A DNA stretch of 64,000 bases from an uncultured Planctomycetia bacterium (GTDB lineage Bacteria; Omnitrophota; Gorgyraeia; CAYWPX01), in the NCBI GenBank assembly GCA_964460615.1, contig CAYWPX010000005.1:96843-160842 (forward strand), in the 5' to 3' direction. Of the stretch, positions 16,922-27,217 are shown piece by piece. Below the pieces are notes generated by a model. The model saw only the letters and a list, made by a program, of their open reading frames with translations. It had not been told where the DNA came from and searched no databases. The position numbers and the translations under genes were made by a program. The first letter of the stretch is position 1. Each line of letters starts with the position of its first letter.

Positions 16922-17824
16922 CTAACAAAACTTCGTCATATCCTCAAATTCTTTATACCTGGCTTCAATGTCTCTTTTTTTTATGGTTTTCAATTTATTA
17001 AGACTGAAATCCTCGACTGCAAAAGAAGCCATGACAGATCCGTATACTATGGCTTGCCTTAAAATTGTTTTATTGATCTTAGGGCTTTTTGATATATATC
17101 CCATAAAACCACCCGCAAATGTATCGCCAGCGCCGGTAGGATCATAAACGTTGTCCAACAAATACGCCGGAGCCGAAAAAATATTTTCTTTGGTAAAAAG
17201 AAGGCAACCATGTTCGCCTTTTTTTATTATCAGAAGCCTTGGACCCATTTTAATGATCTTTTTGGCAGCCTTTAAAAGATTTGCTTCTTTAGAGATCTCC
17301 CTTGCCTCTCCATCGTTAATCACAAAAATATCGATCCTTTTCAATAACTCTTTTAAAACATTCAGTTTATTCTCAATCCAATAATTCATTGTATCGCATG
17401 CGATAAGCTTTGGGGACTTGAGCTGATCAAGAACGTTTATCTGAAGCTCCGGGTCAATATTGCCTAAAAAAATATTTTTTGACTCCCTATATTCGGCCGG
17501 CAGAACCGGTTTAAAATCACTGAATACATTAAGTTCGGTTTTAAGAGTAATAGCCCTATTCAGATCTGATTCATAGCGGCCTTCCCACCTAAAGGTCAGG
17601 CCATCTTTTATTTCTATGCCTCTCGTATCTATATTTTTCGAATTCAAAAATTTTATATTCTCTTTGGGGAAGTCCTTACCGACGACAGCAATGACTCTTG
17701 GATCTGTAAAAAAACTGGCGCTAACGGATGAATAAGTAGCGGAACCTCCCAACACTTCCTTAACTTTTCCAAACGGCGTTTCAATAGTATCAAGCGCCAT
17801 TGAACCGACTATTAATAGGCTCAT
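16922..17824 (-). CDS. PfkB-family (ribokinase-like) carbohydrate/nucleoside kinase; candidate heptose-7-phosphate kinase (HldA-like) or adenosine kinase.
   Basis: 'DPTGAGDTFAGGFMGY' is the PfkB signature 2. N-terminal 'LIVGSMALDTI...GGSATYSS' is present. It is 300 aa. Confidence 0.75.
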   Translation of the reverse strand: MSLLIVGSMALDTIETPFGKVKEVLGGSATYSSVSASFFTDPRVIAVVGKDFPKENIKFLNSKNIDTRGIEIKDGLTFRWEGRYESDLNRAITLKTELNVFSDFKPVLPAEYRESKNIFLGNIDPELQINVLDQLKSPKLIACDTMNYWIENKLNVLKELLKRIDIFVINDGEAREISKEANLLKAAKKIIKMGPRLLIIKKGEHGCLLFTKENIFSAPAYLLDNVYDPTGAGDTFAGGFMGYISKSPKINKTILRQAIVYGSVMASFAVEDFSLNKLKTIKKRDIEARYKEFEDMTKFC

Positions 17825-17825
17825 A

Positions 17826-19091
17826 TTATAAACAATTCTCCATAAGTTTTATCGAACAAAGTTCATTACACATAGAACAAGTGTCGCCTTCTTTAATACC
17901 TGGCTTATCCCGGTATGAACGTGCTCTTTTTTCATCCATAGAAAGCCTGAACTGTTCACTCCAGTCTCTTTTTTTACGTGCCCTTGACATGGCTATATCT
18001 TTTTCAATAGCTCCCGGGACTTTTTTAGCTATATCGGCTGCATGGGCGGCAATCTTTGAAGCAATCACGCCCATCCTCACATCTTCCAGATCAGGAAGCG
18101 CCAAATGTTCACTAGGCGTTACATAACACAAAAAATCAGCTCCTGCGCTTGCTGCTATGGCACCGCCAATAGCAGAGGTGATATGATCATACCCCGGAGC
18201 AATATCGGTTACTATCGGCCCAAGTACATAAAAAGGCGCATTATTGCATAACGATTTTTGAATCTTAATATTAGTGACAATCTGGTCCAAAGGAACATGA
18301 CCCGGCCCTTCTATCATCACCTGAACATCTTTTTTAAAGGCTCTGTTCGCCAATTCCCCTAAAATAACCAACTCTTCGATCTGCGCCCTGTCAGTAGCAT
18401 CGGCAACGGATCCGGGCCTCATACCATCTCCGAGGCTTAGCGTTATATCATACTCTTTGGCAAGATCCACTATCTCATCAAAATTTTTATAAAAAGGGTT
18501 TTCTTTCTTATTTTCAGTCATCCAATTGACAAGAATCGCTCCCCCTCTGCTTACAACATCCAATACCCGGCCCTGTTTTTTCAGCCTGGATACGCTATCC
18601 AGATTAATGCCGGAATGTATTGTAAAAAAATCGACCCCATCACGAGCCTGATCCTTTAAAACCTGCATTATATCGCTTTCTTTGATATCTTTGATGTATT
18701 TTGATTTTTTTGCAGCTTCATAGATAGGGACTGTACCAAAAGGAATACTAGAATGTTCTATCAGCTTGCGTCTGATTTTTCTTAAATCTCCGCCAGTCGA
18801 TAGATCCATAACAGCATCGGCACCCAAGGAGATCAAAAGCTCGAGCTTCTTTAGCTCTCTATCCAGATCCTCTCGGCCCTCTGAAGTCCCAATATTTGCA
18901 TTTATCTTGGTAGATAACCCAAAACCGATGCCACATGGTTTTTTGAAGTCCCTGAACTTATTCTTTGGTATTACTATCGAGCCTTTGGCTATTCTATCTA
19001 AGAGAATATGTGAAGGAATATTTTCTTTTTTTGAAACAAGCTCAACGGTTTCAGTACATTTATTATTCTTGGCGGAGTGTAATAGTGTCAT
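17826..19091 (-). CDS. thiC: Phosphomethylpyrimidine synthase ThiC.
   Basis: 421 aa with 'ANIGTSEG...' and the C-terminal 'CSMCNELCS' CX2CX4C radical-SAM-like cluster typical of ThiC. Confidence 0.85.
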   Translation of the reverse strand: MTLLHSAKNNKCTETVELVSKKENIPSHILLDRIAKGSIVIPKNKFRDFKKPCGIGFGLSTKINANIGTSEGREDLDRELKKLELLISLGADAVMDLSTGGDLRKIRRKLIEHSSIPFGTVPIYEAAKKSKYIKDIKESDIMQVLKDQARDGVDFFTIHSGINLDSVSRLKKQGRVLDVVSRGGAILVNWMTENKKENPFYKNFDEIVDLAKEYDITLSLGDGMRPGSVADATDRAQIEELVILGELANRAFKKDVQVMIEGPGHVPLDQIVTNIKIQKSLCNNAPFYVLGPIVTDIAPGYDHITSAIGGAIAASAGADFLCYVTPSEHLALPDLEDVRMGVIASKIAAHAADIAKKVPGAIEKDIAMSRARKKRDWSEQFRLSMDEKRARSYRDKPGIKEGDTCSMCNELCSIKLMENCL

Positions 19092-19740
19092 TCTTCTTTC
19101 TTAAATATGTATATTCTTTTTTTAGGTTTTCAATTTTTTCCTTAAATTCAATTGTCGCTTTATATGTATCGCTTTTATCGCATATTGCAGTAGAGACGGC
19201 TACGCCTTTGGCCCCATGCATAATAACATCGCGTAGGTTGTTTTCATTTATTCCTCCGATCGCAAAGAAAGGAATAGCAAGGTCCTTAGCTACCTTATCT
19301 ATAACATCTAAACCGATTATTTCGGCATCTGACTTGGTCCTGGTCTTAAAGATCGACCCAAGACCTACATAATCAGCCCCGTTTTTTTCAGCCATAAGCG
19401 CTTCTTCCAAAGTTCCTGCTGAGATACCTACTATCTTATTTGGCCCAATTATTTCTCTGGCGCTTTTTATTGGAATATCATCCTGCCCAAGATGGACACC
19501 ATCTGCCTTGGTAATAAAAGCAATATCAGCTCTATTATTAACGATAAACTTGGCGTTATACCTGATGCTTGTTATCCTTAGAAGCTGGCCGATCCTTACC
19601 AAGTCCCTGTCCGGCAGATTGGAATCCCTGAGCTGGATAATATCAACTCCGCCCTTTAAGACCTCTTCGGTAAAACTAAGGATATCCCTGCCTTTAAGTA
19701 TAGAGGTATCAACAATAAGATATAAACTAGAATTTTGCAT
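19063..19740 (-). CDS. thiE: Thiamine-phosphate synthase ThiE.
   Basis: 'LYLIVDTS...GGVDIIQLRDSNLPDR', 'GADYVGLGSIFKTRTK' and 'IPFFAIGGINENN' are present. It overlaps thiC by 29 nt. Confidence 0.8.
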   Translation of the reverse strand: MQNSSLYLIVDTSILKGRDILSFTEEVLKGGVDIIQLRDSNLPDRDLVRIGQLLRITSIRYNAKFIVNNRADIAFITKADGVHLGQDDIPIKSAREIIGPNKIVGISAGTLEEALMAEKNGADYVGLGSIFKTRTKSDAEIIGLDVIDKVAKDLAIPFFAIGGINENNLRDVIMHGAKGVAVSTAICDKSDTYKATIEFKEKIENLKKEYTYLRKKNDTITLRQE

Positions 19741-20143
19741 TTACTTCCTTTTCTATTGCGTAAACTTCATAACGCAGAATTTTGATGCATTCTGCCATAT
19801 TACTATTTTCAAGCTTTAAAATTTCTTCTAACACCCTCAAAGATTCCTTTGCCCGTTCGATATTTGCGTAAAATATGTCCTTTATATCCCGTCGCTTGGT
19901 CTCAAGAAATGAGGTGCCCTTACCAATGTCATTTTCCGAATCTCTTGAATCGATTAATTTTTTAGAAAAATTTGGGCTATCTTTTAGAATAGCCCCGATC
20001 TTCTGCCTTACTATCTTTAACTTCCTTGTAAATCTTTGATCGTCAAAGATAAATCTTGTTATGTCCTCACAAACCCTTAGGGCCTCTCTAGAACGGTTAA
20101 AATTTGCATCTACTATTCTTAAAATAGGGCCTGATATTTTCAT
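19727..20143 (-). CDS. ThiD2-like protein (family normally found fused N-terminal to ThiE in some bacteria); function unknown.
   Basis: The 138-aa ORF is translationally coupled upstream of thiE, and 'ILRIVDANFNRSREALRVCEDITRF' is present. The family assignment is from memory. Confidence 0.4.
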   Translation of the reverse strand: MKISGPILRIVDANFNRSREALRVCEDITRFIFDDQRFTRKLKIVRQKIGAILKDSPNFSKKLIDSRDSENDIGKGTSFLETKRRDIKDIFYANIERAKESLRVLEEILKLENSNMAECIKILRYEVYAIEKEVNAKF

Positions 20144-20616
20144 TTTAAATCTAAAATTTTGTCAATAAGTGAAGTTGTCGAATAATTCTTTATAAATTTA
20201 ATTGTCCTTACCTTGCCTCCGTAAGACTCTACGAGATCTTTGCCTACGATATTATCAATTTTCCAATCAGCCCCTTTAACAATAACATCGGGCCTAACTA
20301 TCTTCATTGTCTCTAAAGGCGTAGTTTCGTTAAAAATAGTCACAAAATCAACGCTCTCAAGCGCTCCTACAAGATATGCCCTATCGTCAACCTTATTAAG
20401 CGGCCTTTTAGGGCCTTTAATCTTTTTTACGGAAGAATCGCTATTAATAGCTACTACAAGAATATCTCCAAGGGCTTTTGCATCTTCGAGGTATTTTACA
20501 TGGCCTTTGTGCAGGATATCGAAACAACCATTAGTAAATACGACTTGCTTTCCCTTTCTTATTCTTTTAAGCAACTTTGCTATCTTTGACCTAGAAATAA
20601 TTTTATTTTTAATCAT
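20140..20616 (-). CDS. Nucleotidyltransferase, RfaE domain II / HldE C-terminal-like (D-beta-D-heptose 1-phosphate adenylyltransferase).
   Basis: 'VVFTNGCFDILHKGHVKYL' is the cytidylyltransferase HxGH motif. 158 aa, adjacent to gmhA. Confidence 0.7.
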   Translation of the reverse strand: MIKNKIISRSKIAKLLKRIRKGKQVVFTNGCFDILHKGHVKYLEDAKALGDILVVAINSDSSVKKIKGPKRPLNKVDDRAYLVGALESVDFVTIFNETTPLETMKIVRPDVIVKGADWKIDNIVGKDLVESYGGKVRTIKFIKNYSTTSLIDKILDLK

Positions 20617-21188
20617 TTTTCAAAGAAAATTCCGTCTTCAATAAGTTTACAAATTATATGGATGATAAGTATATGGTTCTCCTGGACCCTTGGGGTATGT
20701 TTGGTGGGGACATTTATGTTGATATCAGAAACTCCCATTAATTTACCGCCATCACCGCCTGTAAAACTGGCGGTATAAAGCCCCAGTGACTTTGCTCTTT
20801 TTACAGCTTCAATGACATTTTTGGAATTTCCGCTAGTGGAGATACCTACAGCAACATCTCCTTTTTTTGCTATCGCCTCTAACTGCCTGGAAAAAACCAC
20901 TTCATATCCATAGTCATTACCTATAGCAGTAATTGATGATGTATTAGTAGTCAAGGAAACAGCACTAAGAGGAGTCCTCTCTTTTTCAAACCTTCCTACA
21001 AGCTCTGCCGCAAAGTGCTGGCTATCAGCAGCGCTTCCGCCATTACCAAAAATAATGATTTTCCCGCCTGATTTAAGAGATCTTATCATCTCTTTGGCTA
21101 AAGATTCTATATTTTTAAGGTTTGCTTTAAGAGTTACTTCATTAAGCGATTTATTCTCTTCAAAAATATTTTTTATAATATCTATCAT
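20613..21188 (-). CDS. gmhA: D-sedoheptulose 7-phosphate isomerase (phosphoheptose isomerase, SIS domain).
   Basis: 'KIIIFGNGGSAADSQHFAAEL' and 'VAVGISTSGNSKNV' are SIS motifs. 191 aa. Confidence 0.8.
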   Translation of the reverse strand: MIDIIKNIFEENKSLNEVTLKANLKNIESLAKEMIRSLKSGGKIIIFGNGGSAADSQHFAAELVGRFEKERTPLSAVSLTTNTSSITAIGNDYGYEVVFSRQLEAIAKKGDVAVGISTSGNSKNVIEAVKRAKSLGLYTASFTGGDGGKLMGVSDININVPTKHTPRVQENHILIIHIICKLIEDGIFFEK

Positions 21189-21193
21189 AGATT

Positions 21194-22222
21194 TTATCCG
21201 AAAAATATTTTGGACATCTCGTAAAGCCCCATATCAACCGTCTTAAGGACTCCTACGCCTTTTTCTATAGGGACTGCTACTATCTCATTTCCCTGAAGGC
21301 TAACCATCTGGCCGAATTTTCCTTGAGCGACCAGTTCTACTGCTTTTACGCCAAATCTTGTGCCAAGAACCCTATCAAACGCGCTGGGAGACCCGCCTCT
21401 CTGCAAATGCCCCAGGACCGTAACTCTCGTCTCAAAACCGGTCTTTTTCTCGATAACCTCTGAAAGGGTATTCCCTACTCCGCCAAGCCTTACGTGGCCA
21501 AAAGCATCTAGCTGCTGTTCTTGCGTAATGATCTCGCCTTCTTTAAACTGCGCACCTTCAGCAACAACAACAATACTAAAATCTTTTCCTCTTGAATGTC
21601 TTTTCTTAATGGATTCACATACTTCATTTAAATCAATAGGAACCTCGGGGATAAGTATCATATCCGCTCCGCCGGCAATACCTGCATAGACAGCTATCCA
21701 TCCTGCATGCCTGCCCATAACCTCAACAACCATTACCCTGTGATGGCTCTCTGCGGTTGTATGAAGCCTGTCTATAGCTTCCATGGCGATGTTTACAGAT
21801 GTATCAAACCCGAATGTAAAATCAGTATTAGACAGATCGTTATCTATGGTCTTCGGTACGCCGATAACATTCAGCTTCTCTTTTGTAAGCTTATTGGCTA
21901 CGCCAAGCGTATCTTCACCGCCTATTGCAATGAGAGCATGCAAACCCATCTTGCTAAAATTTTCTATAACCTTCTTAAGGTCGTCAGGTTTTTTATAAGG
22001 GTTCGTACGGCTTGTCCCGAGAATCGTTCCGCCTCTATGCAGGATTCCGGAAACAGAATTTAAATCAAGCGGCATGGTGTCATTCTGTATCATTCCAAGC
22101 CAACCATTCTTTATTCCAAGAACTTCAAAATTTTCTTTTAAGGCTTTTCTGACAATTGCCCTGATAACGGGATTTAACCCCGGCGCATCTCCTCCACCAG
22201 TTAGAACTCCGATTCTTTTCAT
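21194..22222 (-). CDS. pfk: 6-phosphofructokinase (PFK-A family; a GGEDT in place of GGDGS suggests possible PPi-dependence).
   Basis: 'RIGVLTGGGDAPGLNPVIRAIV', 'IGGEDTLGVA' and 'MGRHAGWIAV' are present. 342 aa. Confidence 0.8.
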   Translation of the reverse strand: MKRIGVLTGGGDAPGLNPVIRAIVRKALKENFEVLGIKNGWLGMIQNDTMPLDLNSVSGILHRGGTILGTSRTNPYKKPDDLKKVIENFSKMGLHALIAIGGEDTLGVANKLTKEKLNVIGVPKTIDNDLSNTDFTFGFDTSVNIAMEAIDRLHTTAESHHRVMVVEVMGRHAGWIAVYAGIAGGADMILIPEVPIDLNEVCESIKKRHSRGKDFSIVVVAEGAQFKEGEIITQEQQLDAFGHVRLGGVGNTLSEVIEKKTGFETRVTVLGHLQRGGSPSAFDRVLGTRFGVKAVELVAQGKFGQMVSLQGNEIVAVPIEKGVGVLKTVDMGLYEMSKIFFG

Positions 22223-22265
22223 CTTGCCTGTTCTCCTTTTATAAATTTACTGTTTATAAATAATT

Positions 22266-22865
22266 TTAGTCTGTACCGTATTCGATACCCCTAAAAGTCA
22301 CTTCCTTTGTTTTTGGCCTATTACCCGGCATCTCTTCTCGCGGGACAATCTTAGCAATATGGATCTTAATGCTTATGGTCTCTTCTATACCAAGGATATC
22401 CTGAATACGATTTTTTAGGATCGATTGGATTTTTTCTGTTATATCAGGGATATTGGTATCGGAGAATAAAACAACGCGGTTTTCAATATTAATACCTTTT
22501 TTTGTAGCAATAACATTGGGTTTAAACTCTTTAACATCGGGGAAAGTTGAGGCCATTCTTTTGATAAAATCCTCTATTGCAGCCAGGGATATGGTCACCT
22601 GTCCGTCTGCTTTTTCAAAACCGATAGTTTTTTCACGTTGCATCTTGCCCCAGCTGATATTTGCGACAAATATACCTATAATAAGTATCAATAGGCCTAC
22701 AACTCCGACTGCAATTCTCACCTGAGGAGTAGTATAGATAATATCCACAACGTTGGAAGCCCCTTGCATCGTTATCCAATTGATCGATACCGTAAGTAAA
22801 ATAGCTCCTACTAAAATAAAAATGAATGTGTAAAATAACATCGTAAAATTGCTGTATGATTTCAT
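22266..22865 (-). CDS. Membrane protein, likely the Asp23 membrane anchor (AmaP-like).
   Basis: Two N-terminal TM helices are followed by a soluble domain. It lies immediately upstream of the Asp23-family gene. Confidence 0.45.
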   Translation of the reverse strand: MKSYSNFTMLFYTFIFILVGAILLTVSINWITMQGASNVVDIIYTTPQVRIAVGVVGLLILIIGIFVANISWGKMQREKTIGFEKADGQVTISLAAIEDFIKRMASTFPDVKEFKPNVIATKKGINIENRVVLFSDTNIPDITEKIQSILKNRIQDILGIEETISIKIHIAKIVPREEMPGNRPKTKEVTFRGIEYGTD

Positions 22866-22897
22866 ATAACTCCTCCCTGTAAAAAAATCAATTTATA

Positions 22898-23257
22898 CTA
22901 AGAGACATCAACGACGTTTACCTCGACTTCATTAACAATTAATCCCGTAAGCTCTTCAACCCGCTTTTTTATATTTTCCTGGACCATGGTGGACACATAC
23001 GGGACACTTGAACCATACTTTATGACGAGATTTATGGAAATGTCCACATCGTTATTATTATCACCGAATTGAATATTTACGCCTTTTACAAAATCCTCTT
23101 TATGAAATAGATCCCTAAGATCTTTTATCGGAGAGCTGGGCGCTATAGCGAGTACACCCTTTACCTCTTTTGCGGCAAGGCTGGCCACAGAGCCGATTAC
23201 TCGATTATGAATTTTTATGATACCGAAATCCGTCTTATTTCTTCTCCCTAGCTGCAT
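22898..23257 (-). CDS. Asp23/Gls24-family alkaline/envelope stress protein.
   Basis: 'GIIKIHNRVIGSVASLAAKEVKGV' and 'VDVSINLVIKYGSSVPYVSTMVQENIKKRVEELTGLIVNEVEVNVVDV' are present. 119 aa. Confidence 0.75.
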   Translation of the reverse strand: MQLGRRNKTDFGIIKIHNRVIGSVASLAAKEVKGVLAIAPSSPIKDLRDLFHKEDFVKGVNIQFGDNNNDVDISINLVIKYGSSVPYVSTMVQENIKKRVEELTGLIVNEVEVNVVDVS

Positions 23258-23260
23258 TTA

Positions 23261-24610
23261 TTACTCCTTTTTCTCGGATAATTTTTCAACATAGTGCGTG
23301 GAGATCTGACCTTTAACAAAAATCGGGTCTTTCAGAATATTTTTGTGAAATGGTATGGTGGTTTTTATAGGTTCAATAATATACTCATCAAGTGCTCTTT
23401 TGAGTATATCTATGGCTTCCTGCCTGGTTTTGCCGTAAGCGATCAGTTTGCCTATCATTGAATCATAATACTGAGATACTTCATATCCCTGATAGATATG
23501 CGTATCAAGTCTTACGCCATATCCTCCGGGAGCGTTATACATAGTAATTTTACCGGGTGACGGCATAAAATTATTTTCCGAGTCTTCTGCATAGATCCTG
23601 CACTCAATAGCATGACCCTTGTTCACAACATCTTCCTGTTTGTACTTTAATTTTTCTCCGGCTGCGATCTTGATCTGTTCTTTGATAAGGTCAATGCCGG
23701 TAACAAGCTCTGTAACCGGATGCTCAACCTGAATCCTGGAATTCATCTCCATAAAGTAGAATTCACCTTTTGAGTCCAATAAAAACTCTACCGTCCCGGC
23801 ATTTACATAATTAACAGCCTTAGCGCAACGAACTGCCATTTCAGTCATTTTTTTCCTAAGTTTCGAGTCAAGCGCCGGTGAAGGAGATTCTTCTATAAGC
23901 TTCTGATGACGCCTCTGTATAGTACAATCTCTTTCGCCAAGATGTATTATATGGCCAAAGTGATCGCCCAGTATCTGGACTTCGACATGCCTCGGATTTT
24001 CAACATACTTTTCTATATAGACAGCCGCATTGCCAAAAGCCGCTTCTGCTTCTCTTTGCGCTGTCACTATTGCGCTGATCAACCTTACATCGTTATGGCA
24101 TATCCTCATCCCTCTACCGCCGCCGCCGCTTGAGGCCTTAACTATAACGGGGTATTTCACGCGTTTTGCGATTTTTAACGCTTCGTCCTTGTCGGATACC
24201 GCTCCGTCGCTTCCAGGCACAACGGGAAGGCCTGCTTTTTTAACGGTGTTCTTTGCGGCTATCTTATCACCCATCAGCCTGATAGCTTCAGGGGTAGGGC
24301 CGATAAATTTAATCTGACATGATTCGCATATCTCTGCAAAATGCGCGTCTTCAGACAAAAACCCATAACCGGGATGAATCGCCTCTACATCCGTGATCTC
24401 TGCGGCACTTATTATCGCAGGAACATTGAGATAGCTTGAGCTGGCAGACGCACTTCCTATGCAGACTGCTTCATCGGCAAATCTTACATGGAGACTTGTT
24501 GCATCGGCTTCAGAATATACCGCTACAGTTTTTATGCCAAGCTCTTTGCAGGCCCGGATAATCCTGAGAGCAATTTCACCCCTATTTGCTATTAATATTT
24601 TTGAGAACAT
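23261..24610 (-). CDS. accC: Acetyl-CoA carboxylase, biotin carboxylase subunit.
   Basis: '[26 protein letters not shown]', 'GGGGRGMRI' and '[14 protein letters not shown]' are present. 449 aa. Confidence 0.9.
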   Translation of the reverse strand: MFSKILIANRGEIALRIIRACKELGIKTVAVYSEADATSLHVRFADEAVCIGSASASSSYLNVPAIISAAEITDVEAIHPGYGFLSEDAHFAEICESCQIKFIGPTPEAIRLMGDKIAAKNTVKKAGLPVVPGSDGAVSDKDEALKIAKRVKYPVIVKASSGGGGRGMRICHNDVRLISAIVTAQREAEAAFGNAAVYIEKYVENPRHVEVQILGDHFGHIIHLGERDCTIQRRHQKLIEESPSPALDSKLRKKMTEMAVRCAKAVNYVNAGTVEFLLDSKGEFYFMEMNSRIQVEHPVTELVTGIDLIKEQIKIAAGEKLKYKQEDVVNKGHAIECRIYAEDSENNFMPSPGKITMYNAPGGYGVRLDTHIYQGYEVSQYYDSMIGKLIAYGKTRQEAIDILKRALDEYIIEPIKTTIPFHKNILKDPIFVKGQISTHYVEKLSEKKE

Positions 24611-24611
24611 A

Positions 24612-25073
24612 TTATAATGGTTCCACTAAGAATAACGGCTGACCAAATTCTACTGGCTGTCCGTTCTCGACTAAGACTTCGATGACTTTACATTTCATCT
24701 CGTTTTTGATTTCATTCATAAGCTTCATGGCTTCAATGATACAGAGAACCTGCCCTACTCCAACCTCCGCTCCTACCTCTACAAAACTCGGAGCCTCCGG
24801 CGAAGGTGCGCGATAAAAAGTACCTACCATAGGCGATTTGATCTCAGTTCCTTTTTTAGCTTTTGCCTGAGGAACTTCTTCATGAACTTCTTTTGCTGAT
24901 TCTGTTTGAGCAACATATTTGACAGATGGCTGCGGCATAGCCTCAAAAACCGGGGATTTGGATTCTTTTTTTAGCCTTAGCTTCAATCCATCCCTCTCAA
25001 GCTCAAGCTCAAGAAGATTGTTATCATTCATAAGGCCAATCATTTCTTTGATCTCTTTAACGTTCATAATCAT
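24612..25073 (-). CDS. accB: Biotin carboxyl carrier protein.
   Basis: C-terminal '[15 protein letters not shown]' is the biotinyl-lysine motif. It sits upstream of accC. Confidence 0.85.
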   Translation of the reverse strand: MIMNVKEIKEMIGLMNDNNLLELELERDGLKLRLKKESKSPVFEAMPQPSVKYVAQTESAKEVHEEVPQAKAKKGTEIKSPMVGTFYRAPSPEAPSFVEVGAEVGVGQVLCIIEAMKLMNEIKNEMKCKVIEVLVENGQPVEFGQPLFLVEPL

Positions 25074-25101
25074 CCTTTCGCTAAAATATGCTGTATATTA
25101 T

Positions 25102-25659
25102 TTAAGCTCTCTCAACATATTCAGAAGTTCTGGTATCAACCTTGATTTTATCGCCTATATTAACAAAAAAAGGGACTTGTATATTAAGCCCCGTTTCTAC
25201 TTTAGCCGGTTTCCCGCCGCTTTTTGCCGTATCGCCCTTTACGCCGGGCTCAGTCTCGGTCACCTCAAGAATAACAAAAGTCGGAAGCTCCACCCCTACC
25301 ACGTTACCGTCATAAAAAAGCACCGCTAACTCCTGATGCTCTTTTAAAAAATTAAGGGCATTTCCGAGCTTTTCCTTGGACATATGAACCTCTTCATAAG
25401 TTTCATTGTCCATAAAGTTAAAAGTATCGCCTGCTCTATAAAGATACTGTAGTTTTTTCTCTTCTATATGAGCCACTTCGACAGGGTCGCCGGACCTGAA
25501 GGTCCTTTCAATGGTTGTACCAAGTTTAAGATTCTTCAATCTTGTTCTGACATAAGCAGTCCCCTTACCCGGCTTATAGAACTCATGACTTACAACGCTA
25601 AAAAGCTCTCCTTCAACAATAATAAACAAACCTACTTTTATATCACTAGTTGTTGCCAC
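25102..25659 (-). CDS. efp: Elongation factor P.
   Basis: 'SDIKVGLFIIVEGELFSVVSHEFYKPGKGTAYVRTRLKNLKLGT' includes the conserved KPGKG loop. 185 aa. Confidence 0.9.
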   Translation of the reverse strand: MATTSDIKVGLFIIVEGELFSVVSHEFYKPGKGTAYVRTRLKNLKLGTTIERTFRSGDPVEVAHIEEKKLQYLYRAGDTFNFMDNETYEEVHMSKEKLGNALNFLKEHQELAVLFYDGNVVGVELPTFVILEVTETEPGVKGDTAKSGGKPAKVETGLNIQVPFFVNIGDKIKVDTRTSEYVERA

Positions 25660-26716
25660 TTGTTAACACCTCGCATCCTTTCTTCGTAACCAAAACCATC
25701 TCTTCTAATCTTACCCCACCCCACTTAGGAATGTATATCCCCGGCTCAACAGTTAAAACCATACCCTCTTTAAGCCTTGAATTGCTTCGCGGGCTTATAA
25801 CAGGGTCTTCATGGACTGAAAGCCCTACACCATGGCCAAGCGCATGGCCAAAAAATTTCCCGAAACCTTTATTAATAATATAGTTACGGGAAATTAAATC
25901 TATCTTCTTTATCTCTTCCCCAGGCCTAATAATCTCTATGGCCTTTTTTTGGGCAGTCTCAATTATGTTGTAAATTTTTTTGTACGTAGGACTTACTATT
26001 TTACCTAAAACAAAGCTCCTTGTCAAGTCAGAATTGTAGCCTTGATAAATAGCACCGAAGTCCAATAGCACCCTGGTCTTTTTTGATAACAACTTATCTG
26101 TCAAAGGAGCATGAGGCATAGAAGAATTTTCATCAAAGGATACTATGGTATCAAAAGCGTTTCTTGAGGCTCCTTTAATTTTTACTATATAGTCAAACCT
26201 AGCGGCAATATCCTTTTCGCTCATACCTGGCGCCATATATCCCAGGACTTCCTCATAAGAGGACTTGGCTATTTCAATAGCCTTTCTTATAAGGCCAAGC
26301 TCGCTAGGGTCCTTTACTATTCTTAAGCCTTCGATCATTGATTTTTGAGGAATAAGTTTAATGCCGGAAAGCGCATCCTCGAGCTGGCAAAAGGAGACAT
26401 ATTTCAGGTTCCTGGATTCAAAACCGAGTTTTTTGATCCTAAGCTTTTTTGCAATTGATTTAACTGCCTCGCTAAAACCTTTCTTTCTTAATTCGATAGA
26501 AAAATATTTATCAATAGCTTCAATAGAACGGATTTCCTCAAGATATCTAAAATCAGTGATTACAAAATTGCCGTGCTTTGAAATTATAAGCTGGGTATCA
26601 TCGCCGCGAAAATCGGTAAGGTACCTGACATTTTTTTCGTCGGTCACCAATAAAGCGTCAATACCTGCCTTATCAAAAAGAAAAATGAGGTTTTGGAGTG
26701 ATTTTTTAATTTTCAA
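25646..26716 (-). CDS. pepP: Xaa-Pro aminopeptidase (M24B family).
   Basis: 'HALGHGVGLSVHEDP' and 'GMVLTVEPGIY' are present. 356 aa, in the conserved aroQ-pepP-efp context. Confidence 0.8.
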   Translation of the reverse strand: MKIKKSLQNLIFLFDKAGIDALLVTDEKNVRYLTDFRGDDTQLIISKHGNFVITDFRYLEEIRSIEAIDKYFSIELRKKGFSEAVKSIAKKLRIKKLGFESRNLKYVSFCQLEDALSGIKLIPQKSMIEGLRIVKDPSELGLIRKAIEIAKSSYEEVLGYMAPGMSEKDIAARFDYIVKIKGASRNAFDTIVSFDENSSMPHAPLTDKLLSKKTRVLLDFGAIYQGYNSDLTRSFVLGKIVSPTYKKIYNIIETAQKKAIEIIRPGEEIKKIDLISRNYIINKGFGKFFGHALGHGVGLSVHEDPVISPRSNSRLKEGMVLTVEPGIYIPKWGGVRLEEMVLVTKKGCEVLTSGNN

Positions 26717-26733
26717 AGTAAGGGTCCCTGATA

Positions 26734-27180
26734 TTATTTAGATTTACTTTTTAATATATTCAAAAGCGCTTCAAACCCAAGAATGTAGCTAAAGTCCCCA
26801 AACCCTGAAACCTGCCCTGACGCAACAGGAGCGATCAAAGAGGTATGCCTAAAATCTTCTCTGGAATAAATATTAGACAGATGAACCTCTACGGTAGGTA
26901 TCTTAACTGCGCTTATTGCATCCCTTATGGCAACGCTAGTATGCGTGTAAGCTGCGGGGTTAATAAGTATGCCGTCAAATTTTGTTTTTGCTTTTCCAAT
27001 AAGCTCAACGATCTCGCCTTCGTGATTGGATTGAAAAATTTCTACCTTTACCTTATTGGCTTTTGCAAGGCTCATAATGGACGCGTTGATCTTTGCGAGA
27101 GTGACCTTACCATAAATATTAGCCTCTCTCTCACCAAGTAAATTTAAGTTTGGACCATGAATGATCAGGATATTTTTCAC
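26734..27180 (-). CDS. aroQ: Type II 3-dehydroquinate dehydratase.
   Basis: '[21 protein letters not shown]' and '[16 protein letters not shown]' are present. 148 aa. Confidence 0.85.
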   Translation of the reverse strand: MKNILIIHGPNLNLLGEREANIYGKVTLAKINASIMSLAKANKVKVEIFQSNHEGEIVELIGKAKTKFDGILINPAAYTHTSVAIRDAISAVKIPTVEVHLSNIYSREDFRHTSLIAPVASGQVSGFGDFSYILGFEALLNILKSKSK

Positions 27181-27217
27181 TTAAAGGCTCCTTTTTAAAT
27201 TTTCGTCAGGTACTTGA

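Noticed and set aside
21194-22222. Calling the pfk gene specifically PPi-dependent.
   Set aside because: Only the GGEDT substitution in the GGDGS motif hints at this. That is not sufficient without the full set of diagnostic residues, so the specificity is left open.
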